A program made the translations under genes and the position numbers. From an uncultured Clostridia bacterium (GTDB taxonomy: Bacteria; Bacillota; Clostridia; TANB77; CAG-508): 64,000 nt of DNA. Where the stretch lies: contig CAQUUC010000001.1 in NCBI GenBank assembly GCA_948896235.1, positions 332,688-396,687 on the forward strand, given 5' to 3'. The notes under the pieces are model-generated. The model was not told the origin of the DNA. It made no database searches and worked only from the letters and a program-made list of their open reading frames with translations. Shown here piece by piece: positions 51,996 to 62,206 of this stretch; position 1 is the first letter of the stretch; every line of letters starts with the position of its first letter.

Positions 51996-52919
51996 TTAAA
52001 TTTTTAAATATTCCTGATTATTAATTATTCCATTTCTTCCAATTAAATTTACAATTTTTATATTATCTTCTTGTATCATATTAATTATATCTTCATATTT
52101 TTTTCCGTCTAACATCTTTTCATATAATACTTTTTTATCAAACTTTTTATACTCTGTTATATCAAGGTTATTTATTTTATCATTATATGATATTTGAAAA
52201 CCCAAAATATTAATCCCATTAAAAAGTTTTGATTTAACGATAGTTTCCTTATTCATTTGAATAATAATTGCTTTTGTGTTTATATTAAATAAATTTAATA
52301 GTTCTTCATCAAAATCGAAATTAACAATGAATTTAGCTTTTAAAAGACTTTTTCTCTTATTGTTTGTTACAGTTATTGCAATTCCTAAGCTTTCCAAATA
52401 ATTTGTAATTCTAATAAAATTTTTGATTTTAGGAGTAACTATATTTATTCTTTTAAATTTTTGTGAAAGATATATTATAGAGTTTTCACTAAGTTCGTTT
52501 AAATTATTTAATAATATATGTACTTCCTGTGAAATTGTATCTTCTCTTCTAATTTTACAGATATAATCAATAATATTATCTATTAAATAATATGGTAGTG
52601 TTTTACCTTTATAAATATATATTCTCTTCTTATATAACTGATTATTTAATTCTTGTAATTCATTTAAGTAATTCGATAGAACTACTTTATTAGTTGATTT
52701 CTTAATTATTTTTGTAATAATATTTATAGTTAGGTTATTATTAATTCTTTTATATGGTAAAACACATATATTATTATTTTTTATTGTTAATACACAAAAT
52801 AGTTTCTTAAATATATATATAATATATTTAAGAGGAAGCGGAATTGTAGAATCTTTTTTAAAGATTTCATTTATGTTGTCCAATTCTTTTATATAAAGTA
52901 CCTCGTAAATAAAAATCAC
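51996..52919 (-). CDS. hypothetical protein
   Basis: ORF track only; low-complexity Asn/Ile/Lys-rich. Confidence 0.3.
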   Translation of the reverse strand: MIFIYEVLYIKELDNINEIFKKDSTIPLPLKYIIYIFKKLFCVLTIKNNNICVLPYKRINNNLTINIITKIIKKSTNKVVLSNYLNELQELNNQLYKKRIYIYKGKTLPYYLIDNIIDYICKIRREDTISQEVHILLNNLNELSENSIIYLSQKFKRINIVTPKIKNFIRITNYLESLGIAITVTNNKRKSLLKAKFIVNFDFDEELLNLFNINTKAIIIQMNKETIVKSKLFNGINILGFQISYNDKINNLDITEYKKFDKKVLYEKMLDGKKYEDIINMIQEDNIKIVNLIGRNGIINNQEYLKI

Positions 52920-52981
52920 CTTATTTCTATTTTTTTAATTATATTATAGAAATAAGGTTTTATTACAATTATTATATTGGT

Positions 52982-53650
52982 TTAGAAATCTTCTACCATT
53001 AATTTTGCATAATAATCTGGATTAAAATCTTCATCATATGGTATTTCATCAAATATTTCAGGCATTTGTTCTTTAAAGTATCTTAATAATGGTATCATTA
53101 CTTGACGAATAGCAGGATGAACATGATTATTTGCACGTAAGCTAAATATATGTTTCCATTCTCTTATATTGGCTGTCATTGTATATTCTGCAGCTGTTGA
53201 ATGTGGTAAAAGATTTCTACACATATCTGTAGTTGCTCCTAACTCTTTCATCTTAATATATCCATTTTCAATTTCTTGCATTGTTTTTTTCCATACTTCG
53301 TACATTTCTTTGTCTTCCATATAAACAGGATTCATAAAAGATATTTCATTTCCATATTTATCCTTATCATAACTACAATATCTTGTAGATTCAACTGAAA
53401 AGCTTGCAAATCTATGTCTTGTTAAATCTTTATAAGAACCTATATCATTATAAATTCTTACTGTAATTTTTTCATGTTCTAATACAGATTCATGTCCTCT
53501 ATTAAGGCAATTTTTTAATAAATTTTTATAACTTTCATCTGTTATTTTATCTTCTGAACGATAACATGTTCTACATGCTCTTTCTATTCTTTGCATTATT
53601 TGCTTTCCATCAAATTTTTCTACTTTTACCCATGGTTCAACAATTCTCAT
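52982..53650 (-). CDS. thyX: FAD-dependent thymidylate synthase ThyX
   Basis: ThyX motif RHRFASFSVESTRY. Confidence 0.85.
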   Translation of the reverse strand: MRIVEPWVKVEKFDGKQIMQRIERACRTCYRSEDKITDESYKNLLKNCLNRGHESVLEHEKITVRIYNDIGSYKDLTRHRFASFSVESTRYCSYDKDKYGNEISFMNPVYMEDKEMYEVWKKTMQEIENGYIKMKELGATTDMCRNLLPHSTAAEYTMTANIREWKHIFSLRANNHVHPAIRQVMIPLLRYFKEQMPEIFDEIPYDEDFNPDYYAKLMVEDF

Positions 53651-53749
53651 TTTAATACCTCCATATATTTACTTTATTTACTATATCAAATAAGATATTT
53701 TTTTTCAACAAAAAAGAAGAAATATTTTCATATTTCTTCTTAAATATTT

Positions 53750-54625
53750 CTATTCTCCTCTTCCTTCTGGAAGTGCTGGCATATCTAAAACTACTTTTAT
53801 TTTTAATATATAGCTTACAGTTCTACCAAATCTACTATTTTTAATTCTTTGCCATAGTGATGGTTTTACTTCTATTCTTGTATCAGCTATAAAACTATTT
53901 TGTTCTTCTTGTACAGATGAAACAGCATTTGTTACAACATTATTTACAGCTGGTGCCACTTCAACTTTTTGCTCTTCCATAACTTCTTCTTTATCATAAT
54001 CAACTGGTGTTGGTATCACTTTTAATGCATCTGCCACTTCAATTCCTATGTAACTTAATGCTTTTGATCTATCTTCTATTCTTTCCATATCGATTTCAAT
54101 ATGTAAGTTTGACTCTAGATTTACAATTCTAGCATTAATCAATTTTACTGCATCTTGATAATTTTGTGAGGTAGTACTTTTTGATCTTCCTATAATTCCT
54201 AATGTATCTATAATATCTTCACCAAATTGGCTTTCTGCATTTTTAACAGTATTTTTCCAATCTTTTCCTTTGTTTTGAACTGTTTCTAATAAATCTTTTA
54301 AATTTCCTGAAAGAATTATATTCTTTTCTCTTTGTCTTATTAACTCTTCTATTTGTTTTGTATTTTCTTCGAATTGATTTGTAGCATATTCAACTAACCC
54401 ATAAGCTGCTTTATATACAGTTTTTGGGAAGTTCTTCTTTTTAGGATATTCTATTAAATATGTTTTTATAGATTCAATTAAATCTTTGAAGTAAGAATCT
54501 TCGTCTAATTGAACTATTTGTTTTTTACTATTTGGATTTATTAATTTTTGTACTTTATCAATGTTAGATAAAATCTTTTCTTCCGTAATTACCATTCTTA
54601 CGTTTACTATGCCACTTCTAGACAT
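53750..54625 (-). CDS. hypothetical coiled-coil protein
   Basis: ORF track; no recognisable motif. Confidence 0.3.
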   Translation of the reverse strand: MSRSGIVNVRMVITEEKILSNIDKVQKLINPNSKKQIVQLDEDSYFKDLIESIKTYLIEYPKKKNFPKTVYKAAYGLVEYATNQFEENTKQIEELIRQREKNIILSGNLKDLLETVQNKGKDWKNTVKNAESQFGEDIIDTLGIIGRSKSTTSQNYQDAVKLINARIVNLESNLHIEIDMERIEDRSKALSYIGIEVADALKVIPTPVDYDKEEVMEEQKVEVAPAVNNVVTNAVSSVQEEQNSFIADTRIEVKPSLWQRIKNSRFGRTVSYILKIKVVLDMPALPEGRGE

Positions 54626-54787
54626 TGTAAACCTCCCTCCTTTGTCCTACGTATATTCTAACTATCAAAATTATACAACTTCTCTTAAGAAAGTACAATA
54701 GGATTAATTAAAATTCATTTTTCATTTTCGTTACAATTTTATTACACTTATATCTCAAAAGTCAACATTATTTTGCAAATTTTTTCA

Positions 54788-55358
54788 TTATTTTTTTGAT
54801 AAACCTCTTAGTATAGAATTATCAAACTCTTTATATAATTTTGCAATATCTATATCTTTTTCAACTCTTATTTTATAAACTAGGCTAGAGCATGTAAGTC
54901 CGAATATTCCGTGATGCCATTACTCCTGGATCTCCGTCAATTATTTCTCCTTTTTCCATACCTTCTTTTAGTATATCTTCAATAGTTTTTATGTATTCAA
55001 TAACCTTGTTTTTGCACATTATATTACGAGGTTCATTACCCCATATTTGACTAAGAACTATAGTCATAAAATCTTCATACTTTGCTATTATCTTAATTTG
55101 TATTAATACAACAGCTCTTAATTTATCTATTGTATTGTTTACTTTGGAAATTTTAATATCAATACTATTTTTTAATAATTTCATTCCTTCTTCTACAAGA
55201 AAGTTAAAAATCTCTTCTTTACTAGAAAAATGATAATATAAGGTTCCTTTAGCAACCCCTACTGTAGCAGTTATTTCTTCTATACTAGTTGCATCATAAC
55301 CTTTTTTTGCAAACAATTTCATAGACGTTTCGAATATTTTTCTTTTAGTTTTATTCAT
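54788..55358 (-). CDS. TetR/AcrR family transcriptional regulator (requires +1 at in-frame CGG, plus 54909..54911)
   Basis: N-terminal HTH ...KGYDATSIEEITATVGVAKGTLYYHFSSKEEIF; after skipping C the frame continues GIFGLTCSSLVYKIRV... to a stop at 54788. Confidence 0.7.
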
Positions 55359-55375
55359 ACATTCACCTATTTTTC

Positions 55376-55951
55376 TTAATTTTGTAGCCAATTTTCATAA
55401 GCTCTTAAAACTGTATTACAAACTTCTTCTGGTGTTAAATTTGTTGTATCAACTACTAAATCATAATTTGACATATCATCACGATTTACTTTATATTCCT
55501 CTTGCCATCTATTAGTTTCTTCTTTATGTCTATACAAAATTTTATCTTTTGCCTCTTCTAAATTTGCAAAAGGTTCTGTGTTTTTTCTTGAAGCATCTTC
55601 AAAAGCCCTTTTAGCAGACACTTCTAAATCAACTTTTAGATATACTTTAAAAGAATCTGGTATTGCATACCACCCAAGTTTAGCATCTATAATTAAATTA
55701 TTACGAGTACTAGCATAATCTGCTGCACTTTTTTCAATTGTTCTGTCTAAATCTGGATGTTCATTTAAATAAATTTGAAAATCTACAATAGACATTCCTT
55801 TTTCAGCCGCTAATTTTCTAACATATTGTCCATTTCTATATATTTCATACCCTAATTTATTTTGTAAATTATTTGATAAAGTTCCTTGTCCACTTGCATG
55901 ATCTCCTGCTATAGTTATTATGTGTTTCTTTTCTGCCATTTTTAGTGCCAC
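55376..55951 (-). CDS. cytidylate kinase-like family P-loop protein (Cytidylate_kin2-type)
   Basis: HIITIAGDHASGQGTLSNNLQNKLGY N-terminus; 191 aa. Confidence 0.45.
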   Translation of the reverse strand: MALKMAEKKHIITIAGDHASGQGTLSNNLQNKLGYEIYRNGQYVRKLAAEKGMSIVDFQIYLNEHPDLDRTIEKSAADYASTRNNLIIDAKLGWYAIPDSFKVYLKVDLEVSAKRAFEDASRKNTEPFANLEEAKDKILYRHKEETNRWQEEYKVNRDDMSNYDLVVDTTNLTPEEVCNTVLRAYENWLQN

Positions 55952-55960
55952 CTTTTCTTC

Positions 55961-56200
55961 TTATTCTTCTACATTATCTTCTTCAACATTTTCTTCAACT
56001 TCGCTTTGTTCTTCTGCTACTGTAACTTTTCCTGCTGCAATTTCATCTGCTGCAAGAGTTACTGTTGAAGCTTCTTCATTGTCAACTAAAGCTTTATCTC
56101 CCTTTGATAATTGTCTTGCTCTTTTTGCAGTTGCTACTACAAGCTCAAATCTGTTATCTACATTTTTTAATAAATCACTTACTGTTGGTTTTACCATCAT
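55961..56200 (-). CDS. rpoZ: DNA-directed RNA polymerase subunit omega
   Basis: SDLLKNVDNRFELVVATAKRARQL. Confidence 0.8.
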   Translation of the reverse strand: MMVKPTVSDLLKNVDNRFELVVATAKRARQLSKGDKALVDNEEASTVTLAADEIAAGKVTVAEEQSEVEENVEEDNVEE

Positions 56201-56206
56201 TTTAAA

Positions 56207-56479
56207 TTACCCTCTTTCTTCTATTTCTTCTTTATCATCTTTATCAAGTCTTCCTGCCACTGTTTCTGGTTGTACAGCAGATAATATGATATGTCCTGAA
56301 TCCATTATAACTACAGCTCTTGTACGTCTACCATATGTTGCATCTACAGCTGTTCCATTATCTTTTGCTTCTTGTACCATTCTCTTTATTGGTGCTGAAT
56401 CAGGGCTTACTATTGCAACAATTCTATTTGCTGATACAATATTTCCAAATCCTATATTAATTAGTTGCATAATTAACAC
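56207..56479 (-). CDS. remA: DUF370 / RemA-family protein
   Basis: [30 protein letters not shown]. Confidence 0.8.
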   Translation of the reverse strand: MLIMQLINIGFGNIVSANRIVAIVSPDSAPIKRMVQEAKDNGTAVDATYGRRTRAVVIMDSGHIILSAVQPETVAGRLDKDDKEEIEERG

Positions 56480-56481
56480 TC

Positions 56482-57354
56482 CTATTCTATGTTTTGAATT
56501 TGTTCACGTATGTCTTCTAATTCTGTTTTTATATCAATCACTAAATTAGTAATTGATAAGCTGCCAGATTTAGAACCTATCGTGTTGGTTTCTCTGTTCA
56601 TTTCTTGAATTAAGAAATCTATTTTCTTACCTATTGGTGTGTTTGCATTTATTAATTCTTTAAATTGATTAATATGGCTATTCAACCTTGTAATTTCTTC
56701 TTCAACCGAGCATTTATCAGCATAAATCACAACTTCTTCAGCAAGTCTATCTTTATCTACTATATCTGTTTTTAAAATTTCTTTAATTCTTGCTTCTAAT
56801 TTTACTACATATTCGCTAACAAGTCCAGTAGAATATTTAGAAATTTCACAAACTTTTTCTAAAACTTTTTCTATCCTTACACTTAAATCTTCTTTTATCT
56901 TATTTCCTTCATTTTCTCTCATTTGTAAAAAATTAGTAATTGCTTCATTTAGGCATATTAATAATTCTTTCCAAATTGTATCTTCATCGTCTATATTTTC
57001 AATTGTTAATACATCTGGAAATTTTGATATTTCGGTAACAGGTATATTTTCATTTATTCCATTTTCATGTGCAATTGTCTTTAATTCTTTTATATATATT
57101 CCCGCTAATTCTTTGTTTATTCTAATATCTTTTCCCTCTGCACTATTATTTTCAAAACTAACAAAAATATCAATTTTTCCTCTTGAAATTTTAGAAGAAA
57201 TTTCTTTTTTTATCTTTTCTTCTAGGTAACTAATACTTCTTGGTAATTTTACTGTAATATCATTATATCTATGATTTACAGATTTAATTTCAATATTATA
57301 TATCCTATTACTATTTTCATATCTTGCTCTTCCAAAGCCCGTCATACTTTTCAT
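56482..57354 (-). CDS. yicC: YicC/YloC family stress-induced protein
   Basis: [11 protein letters not shown]-terminus; conserved yicC-remA-rpoZ order. Confidence 0.8.
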   Translation of the reverse strand: MKSMTGFGRARYENSNRIYNIEIKSVNHRYNDITVKLPRSISYLEEKIKKEISSKISRGKIDIFVSFENNSAEGKDIRINKELAGIYIKELKTIAHENGINENIPVTEISKFPDVLTIENIDDEDTIWKELLICLNEAITNFLQMRENEGNKIKEDLSVRIEKVLEKVCEISKYSTGLVSEYVVKLEARIKEILKTDIVDKDRLAEEVVIYADKCSVEEEITRLNSHINQFKELINANTPIGKKIDFLIQEMNRETNTIGSKSGSLSITNLVIDIKTELEDIREQIQNIE

Positions 57355-57366
57355 AGCTTTTTCTCC

Positions 57367-57876
57367 TTACTTCTTTATTATTTCTCCTATATCATTTAAT
57401 CCTGCAATATATTGTTTTTGCATTTTTCTATATATTATTATAGATTTACCAACATAATAAACTGCAAACATTAATGAAACAGATGCAACTATCATATGAA
57501 ACTTTTTTAAATATATTGTATATAAAGAAATTGATAATAACACAAATATTGATAATAACAAACATTCAATTCCATGTATACAAATATTTCCGTTTTCCTT
57601 CCTATAGCTATATTCAAATAACATAATTGTAAAAACAATAAGTGCAACACTAAACACTCTTAAATCTGTCAAAAATATGTTCGTTTCTATGTTTAATGCT
57701 CCAAGTCCAATAAAATATAAAAATAGCATAACCACAATTGCAATTATAAGGTTTTCAAATACTTTTTTATTTATTTTTTCTTCTACAGCTTTTGGCAATT
57801 CCTTCTTTGTTTGTATTTCTTTTTCAAAATTTTTAATATTTTCATTTATTTCTTTTTCTTCACTCATAATACCCAC
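57367..57876 (-). CDS. hypothetical membrane protein
   Basis: ORF track; 4 TM helices. Confidence 0.35.
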   Translation of the reverse strand: MGIMSEEKEINENIKNFEKEIQTKKELPKAVEEKINKKVFENLIIAIVVMLFLYFIGLGALNIETNIFLTDLRVFSVALIVFTIMLFEYSYRKENGNICIHGIECLLLSIFVLLSISLYTIYLKKFHMIVASVSLMFAVYYVGKSIIIYRKMQKQYIAGLNDIGEIIKK

Positions 57877-57884
57877 ATCCTTAT

Positions 57885-58634
57885 TTAAACCATTTCATCG
57901 AACTCATACATAATTATACTAGAAAGTACTATTGGCGCCGTTTCAGTTCTAAGTATTCTTTTACCTAAAGTAATTATCTTACAATTAAAACTTTTTAAAA
58001 GTTCAATTTCTTTTTCTTCAATTCCACCTTCTGGTCCAACTATAACTGCTATTTTTAGTGGTATTTTAGATTTAACCTCTTCTAAAGCGCTTTTAATACT
58101 ACAATTTTCTTCAGCTTCATATGCAACTAATACTATATCATAATCTACAATTTTTTCATATATATTTTTTATATTAATTGGATAATTTATAATTGGAATT
58201 TTATCTCTTTTACTTTGTTTTGCAGCAACTTCAGCTATTTTTTGCCATCTTAAAATTTTCTTATCTATTCCTTTATCATCTAGCTTAACAACACACCTAT
58301 TCATTGAAACTGGGGTAATCTCACTTACACCTATTTCAGTAGTTTTTTGAATTATAGTTTCCATCTTTTCTGCTTTAGGTAGTCCTTGAAAAATATGTAA
58401 ATATGTTTTTGGTTCACTTTTGCTTTCTAATTTATTTATAATTTCACATTTTACGAATTTATTATCTAATTCTACAATTTTACACAAATAATTAGTAGAA
58501 CTTTCTAAATCACATATATCGATTTCTTCATCTATTCCAAGTCTAAGCACATTTTTTATATGATTAACATCTTCTCCTTGAATTTCTACTATATCATCAT
58601 TTATTTGATTTGTTGTAACAAAAAATTTATACAT
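57885..58634 (-). CDS. rsmE: 16S rRNA (uracil1498-N3)-methyltransferase
   Basis: MYKFFV N-terminus, VIVGPEGGIEEKEIELL SPOUT motif. Confidence 0.8.
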   Translation of the reverse strand: MYKFFVTTNQINDDIVEIQGEDVNHIKNVLRLGIDEEIDICDLESSTNYLCKIVELDNKFVKCEIINKLESKSEPKTYLHIFQGLPKAEKMETIIQKTTEIGVSEITPVSMNRCVVKLDDKGIDKKILRWQKIAEVAAKQSKRDKIPIINYPINIKNIYEKIVDYDIVLVAYEAEENCSIKSALEEVKSKIPLKIAVIVGPEGGIEEKEIELLKSFNCKIITLGKRILRTETAPIVLSSIIMYEFDEMV

Positions 58635-58782
58635 AATCCACCTCTTTAGAACAAATTATATCAAATATTTATATGATTGTCATTATAATATGATAAATAA
58701 ACTATAATATATGTACTTTAAAAAGGAACCAAGTTTTTAGACTTAGTTCCTTTTTACAATTTATTTTATCAAATATATATAT

Positions 58783-60187
58783 TTATTTTCCATTTATATA
58801 AGATCCATTGTTACCAACAGTGATGCTCGGATGAGCATCTGCTGTACTATTGGCGACAATTTCCACACACACAAAGTAGCTCCCCTCAACTTTACTAACT
58901 GGCAAGACCAAATCAATCCATTTCCCACTAGTGTCTCCAAATGCTGGAAAAGCAACACTAGCAACTACACCAGTTCCATCAGAATTAGAACACAATTTAA
59001 AAGTTCCAGACGCATGAGAACCACCGACTTGCCGAATAGTGAACATGTAAATTTAAAGATTCATAATCACTAACGTTTACCTTATTTTTTGATACTGCAC
59101 GACTATATCTAGTTGCATAAACACCATTCAATTTCAAACCATAATCACTAGTTGCTCCTGCAAAATTCCAAAAGTTGTCTTTATAACTTCCTTGAGAATA
59201 CAAATTGCCACTCCAAAGTCTTACAATCCCTTTAAACCTAATCATTGTTGATACTTTTTCTGTATTATTTCCAGCATTATCTACACTTAATACATGTAAA
59301 TAATACTTTCCAACTGCCGACTTTGTTATATCTATAATTTGTGTATCATCTGTAAAACTAGTTGCAGTATCCCAAATGCTACTATCTTTTCCTATTTCAT
59401 CTTCACTACTATTCACTATATATTTACAGTTTTCTATATCTATTCCACTTTCTAAGTCACTTTGTATTACTGTTGCTTTTATTGTTGTATTAATATCTGT
59501 TGAGTCTTTATCAAATGTTATTTCTGCTTGTGGTGGTAGTGCATCTATATTATTTATCTTTGCTGAAAATTTATATCCTATTTCTCCCGTCTTTTTATTT
59601 ATTATTCTTCCATATATTGTTATGTTTTTGGTTACGTCTATTTTATCTCCTACTATATAGTCTACCCAATTCTCACTACTATCGTTATTTTCTCCTATAT
59701 TATATTGAACTGTATATCCATTCATATTTACGCTTTCGTCTATTTCTATTGTAACTTCTACTTTGGCTACGTTTTGTGTTTCAGTATCATATACAAATTT
59801 TGCTTTTCCTCTTGTAACTTTTTCAATTTCTGTTTCTTTTCCTAAACTTTGTCCAATTTGAGGAACACTTCTATCTAGTTCAAATTGCCATCCATCTACT
59901 ATTGCTATGTCTCCAGCTACTTGCATATTGTTTTCTTTTAATTTATTATCTATATAATCCTTTTCATTATATTCTAACTTTGTTATTTTATCAGCTTGTA
60001 GTTCTAGTAGTATTGCTTCTAATTTTTCTCTTGCTCCAGCCTCTTCATAACTATTTCCTGCTTTTTTAGCAGTATTGAATAGTCCATTTTTTCCTAATAT
60101 TAGATTAATTGTTATTCCTGCCAAAATCAGCAATAATATTATTGTTACAATTAGTGCTATAAGTGTTATACCTTTGTTCTTTACCAT
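58783..60187 (-). CDS. large prepilin-type N-terminal cleavage/methylation domain protein (about 468 aa; requires +1 at in-frame CGG, plus 59015..59017)
   Basis: KGITLIALIVTIILLLILAGI class-III signal-like N-terminus; the 396-aa and 87-aa ORFs join as ...HYSASGGSHASGTFKLCSNSDG when the C is skipped. Confidence 0.5.
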
Positions 60188-60341
60188 ATCTTTTGTTCTC
60201 TCCTTATTCTTTTTTACTTTTCTAATTTTATATTTACTATTTTAATTTTTCAATAAAAAGTAGTTTTTTTTAATATAATAAATATACATAAGATTTTTTG
60301 TTATTTTCTTATACCATACCGAATTATAAATAGTTAAAAGT

Positions 60342-60395
60342 AAGCAACTTACTCTTGGTTTTACCCATTTGTAAGTTGCTTACTTTTATATTTTA
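60342..60395. terminator. perfect 16-bp hairpin (aaagtaagcaacttac / gtaagttgcttacttt) downstream of xerD
   Basis: inverted repeat with 18-nt loop, T-rich on both sides. Confidence 0.5.
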
Positions 60396-60419
60396 TTTTA
60401 ATTCTTGCAAATCAAGTTG

Positions 60420-61301
60420 TTATGCTCTTGGATGAGCATGTTTATATATATTTTTTATACTTTCATCTTGGAATTGCATATATACTTGTGTTGAAGATAT
60501 ATCAGAATGTCCAAGCATTGTTTGAATTGATTTAAGGTCTGCACCATTTTGTAATAAATGTGTTGCAAATGAATGTCTTAAAACGTGTGGTGTAATATCT
60601 TTTGTTATATGAGCTTGTTCTTTATAATATTTTACTATTTTCCAGAAACCTTGACGTGTTAATCTTTTTCCATTTGTATTAACAAATAGTGCTTTTACAT
60701 TTTCATCTTTAATTAATATAGGTCTAGAATTTTCAATATATTCAGCTAATGCTTTTAACGAAAGTGATCCAAGTGGTATGTTTCTTTGTCTTTCACCAGT
60801 TCTACAAGTTACAATACCTTCTTTTAAATTTACATCATCTATATCTAAAGAGATTATCTCTGTTACTCTCATTCCAGTAGCATAAGCAAATTCAAGCATT
60901 GCTTTATCTCTAGTTCCTTTTAAATCTACATCTTTTGGTTGTTCTAATAATAGTGCAACTTCTTGTGAAGATAAAACACTTGGAGCTTTCTTTTCTACTT
61001 TTGGAGATTGAATTTTATCAGTTGGATCTTTTTTTACTTTTTTATTACGTACTAAATATTGGTAAAAAGATCTTATTGATGCAACATTTCTTGATATTGT
61101 AGAGGTTTTCTTTCCATCCTCTTGTAAATGTGAAAAATATTTTTTCATATCATCTTCTGTTATTTTTAAGAAATTCAATTTGTTTGAATTTACATAGTTT
61201 TCAAATTGTACTAAATCTCTTTTGTATGATTGTAAAGTATTTTCTGATAATTTCTTATCTTCTTTTATAAATTCTAAAAAATTGTTAATTTGTTTTTCCA
61301 T
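60420..61301 (-). CDS. xerD: tyrosine recombinase XerD
   Basis: ...HVLRHSFATHLLQNGADLKSIQTMLGHSDISSTQVYMQ; adjacent to spoIIM as in many Firmicutes. Confidence 0.8.
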   Translation of the reverse strand: MEKQINNFLEFIKEDKKLSENTLQSYKRDLVQFENYVNSNKLNFLKITEDDMKKYFSHLQEDGKKTSTISRNVASIRSFYQYLVRNKKVKKDPTDKIQSPKVEKKAPSVLSSQEVALLLEQPKDVDLKGTRDKAMLEFAYATGMRVTEIISLDIDDVNLKEGIVTCRTGERQRNIPLGSLSLKALAEYIENSRPILIKDENVKALFVNTNGKRLTRQGFWKIVKYYKEQAHITKDITPHVLRHSFATHLLQNGADLKSIQTMLGHSDISSTQVYMQFQDESIKNIYKHAHPRA

Positions 61302-61428
61302 TTTTATTCCCCTATTCTAAATTAGTTTTATGTTATATTTTTCACAATTTACATAAACACTTATGTTATATCAAATTAATCGAAAAATGTAAAGACATTT
61401 TTCGAAAATTTTTATAAATTTATTTTTA

Positions 61429-62080
61429 TTACAAATATTTTGCACAAATCTGCAATAAATTTGTAGAAATATATACCTCAATAAATGCTGATAATTCGAG
61501 CATTAGTGATATAACTCCGCAAAATATAGTATGACGGGTTATTTCCATTTTTATGTTTTCTCTTCTTTTGTCTTTGATAATAGATTTATACAATTTCATT
61601 CCACTTACTGCTAAAACAATTATACAAGGGATAAATAATATATTTTGAAATAATAGAGATGTTATAACAAATATCATTCCCTTACCGCATACCTAATGTT
61701 GCAATACTGGAAGATAATGTATATCCCAAGCAAAAACCTTTATAAGCAATTATACCATAAACCATTGGTATTCCTACTACAGTTGAACCCACAAACCAAA
61801 GAATAAGTGCTAATAAGAAATTAGAAATTAGTGCATCTTTTAAAAGTTCTGCCTTATCTATTTGTATATTATTTCTTAAACTATCTACAAATCCATTAAT
61901 ATACGAACTTATTTCATTCGCCTGCTCTGTACCAGAATTATTAACAAAGATAATTCCAAAAGTTAATCCAATAAAAAAAATTATTGTTATAATTGCAATC
62001 TCTCTTAAATTGTTCTTTATATATGTTAATAAAATTTCTTTTATCTTGCTATTCGCATTTCTTTTTCCTATGTTTCTCAA
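61429..62080 (-). CDS. spoIIM: stage II sporulation protein M (requires +1 at in-frame CGG, plus 61685..61687)
   Basis: the two membrane ORFs join as ...SSSIATLGMGKGMIFVITSLLF; overall 5-TM SpoIIM-like topology and xerD neighbourhood. Confidence 0.6.
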
Positions 62081-62206
62081 ATTTTACTACCTCCTATAGA
62101 TGCTCATTCGCTTATACATAATGTCTATGTAATAAAATTATTTTTAGAACTAGTTTTTATGGAAATTTAATAAAAAAGTGGATGATTAAGATCACCCACC
62201 AAATAT

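Noticed and set aside
60188-60420. dif site near xerD
   Set aside because: No sequence resembling the Firmicutes dif consensus was seen. The 16-bp hairpin there is better explained as a terminator.
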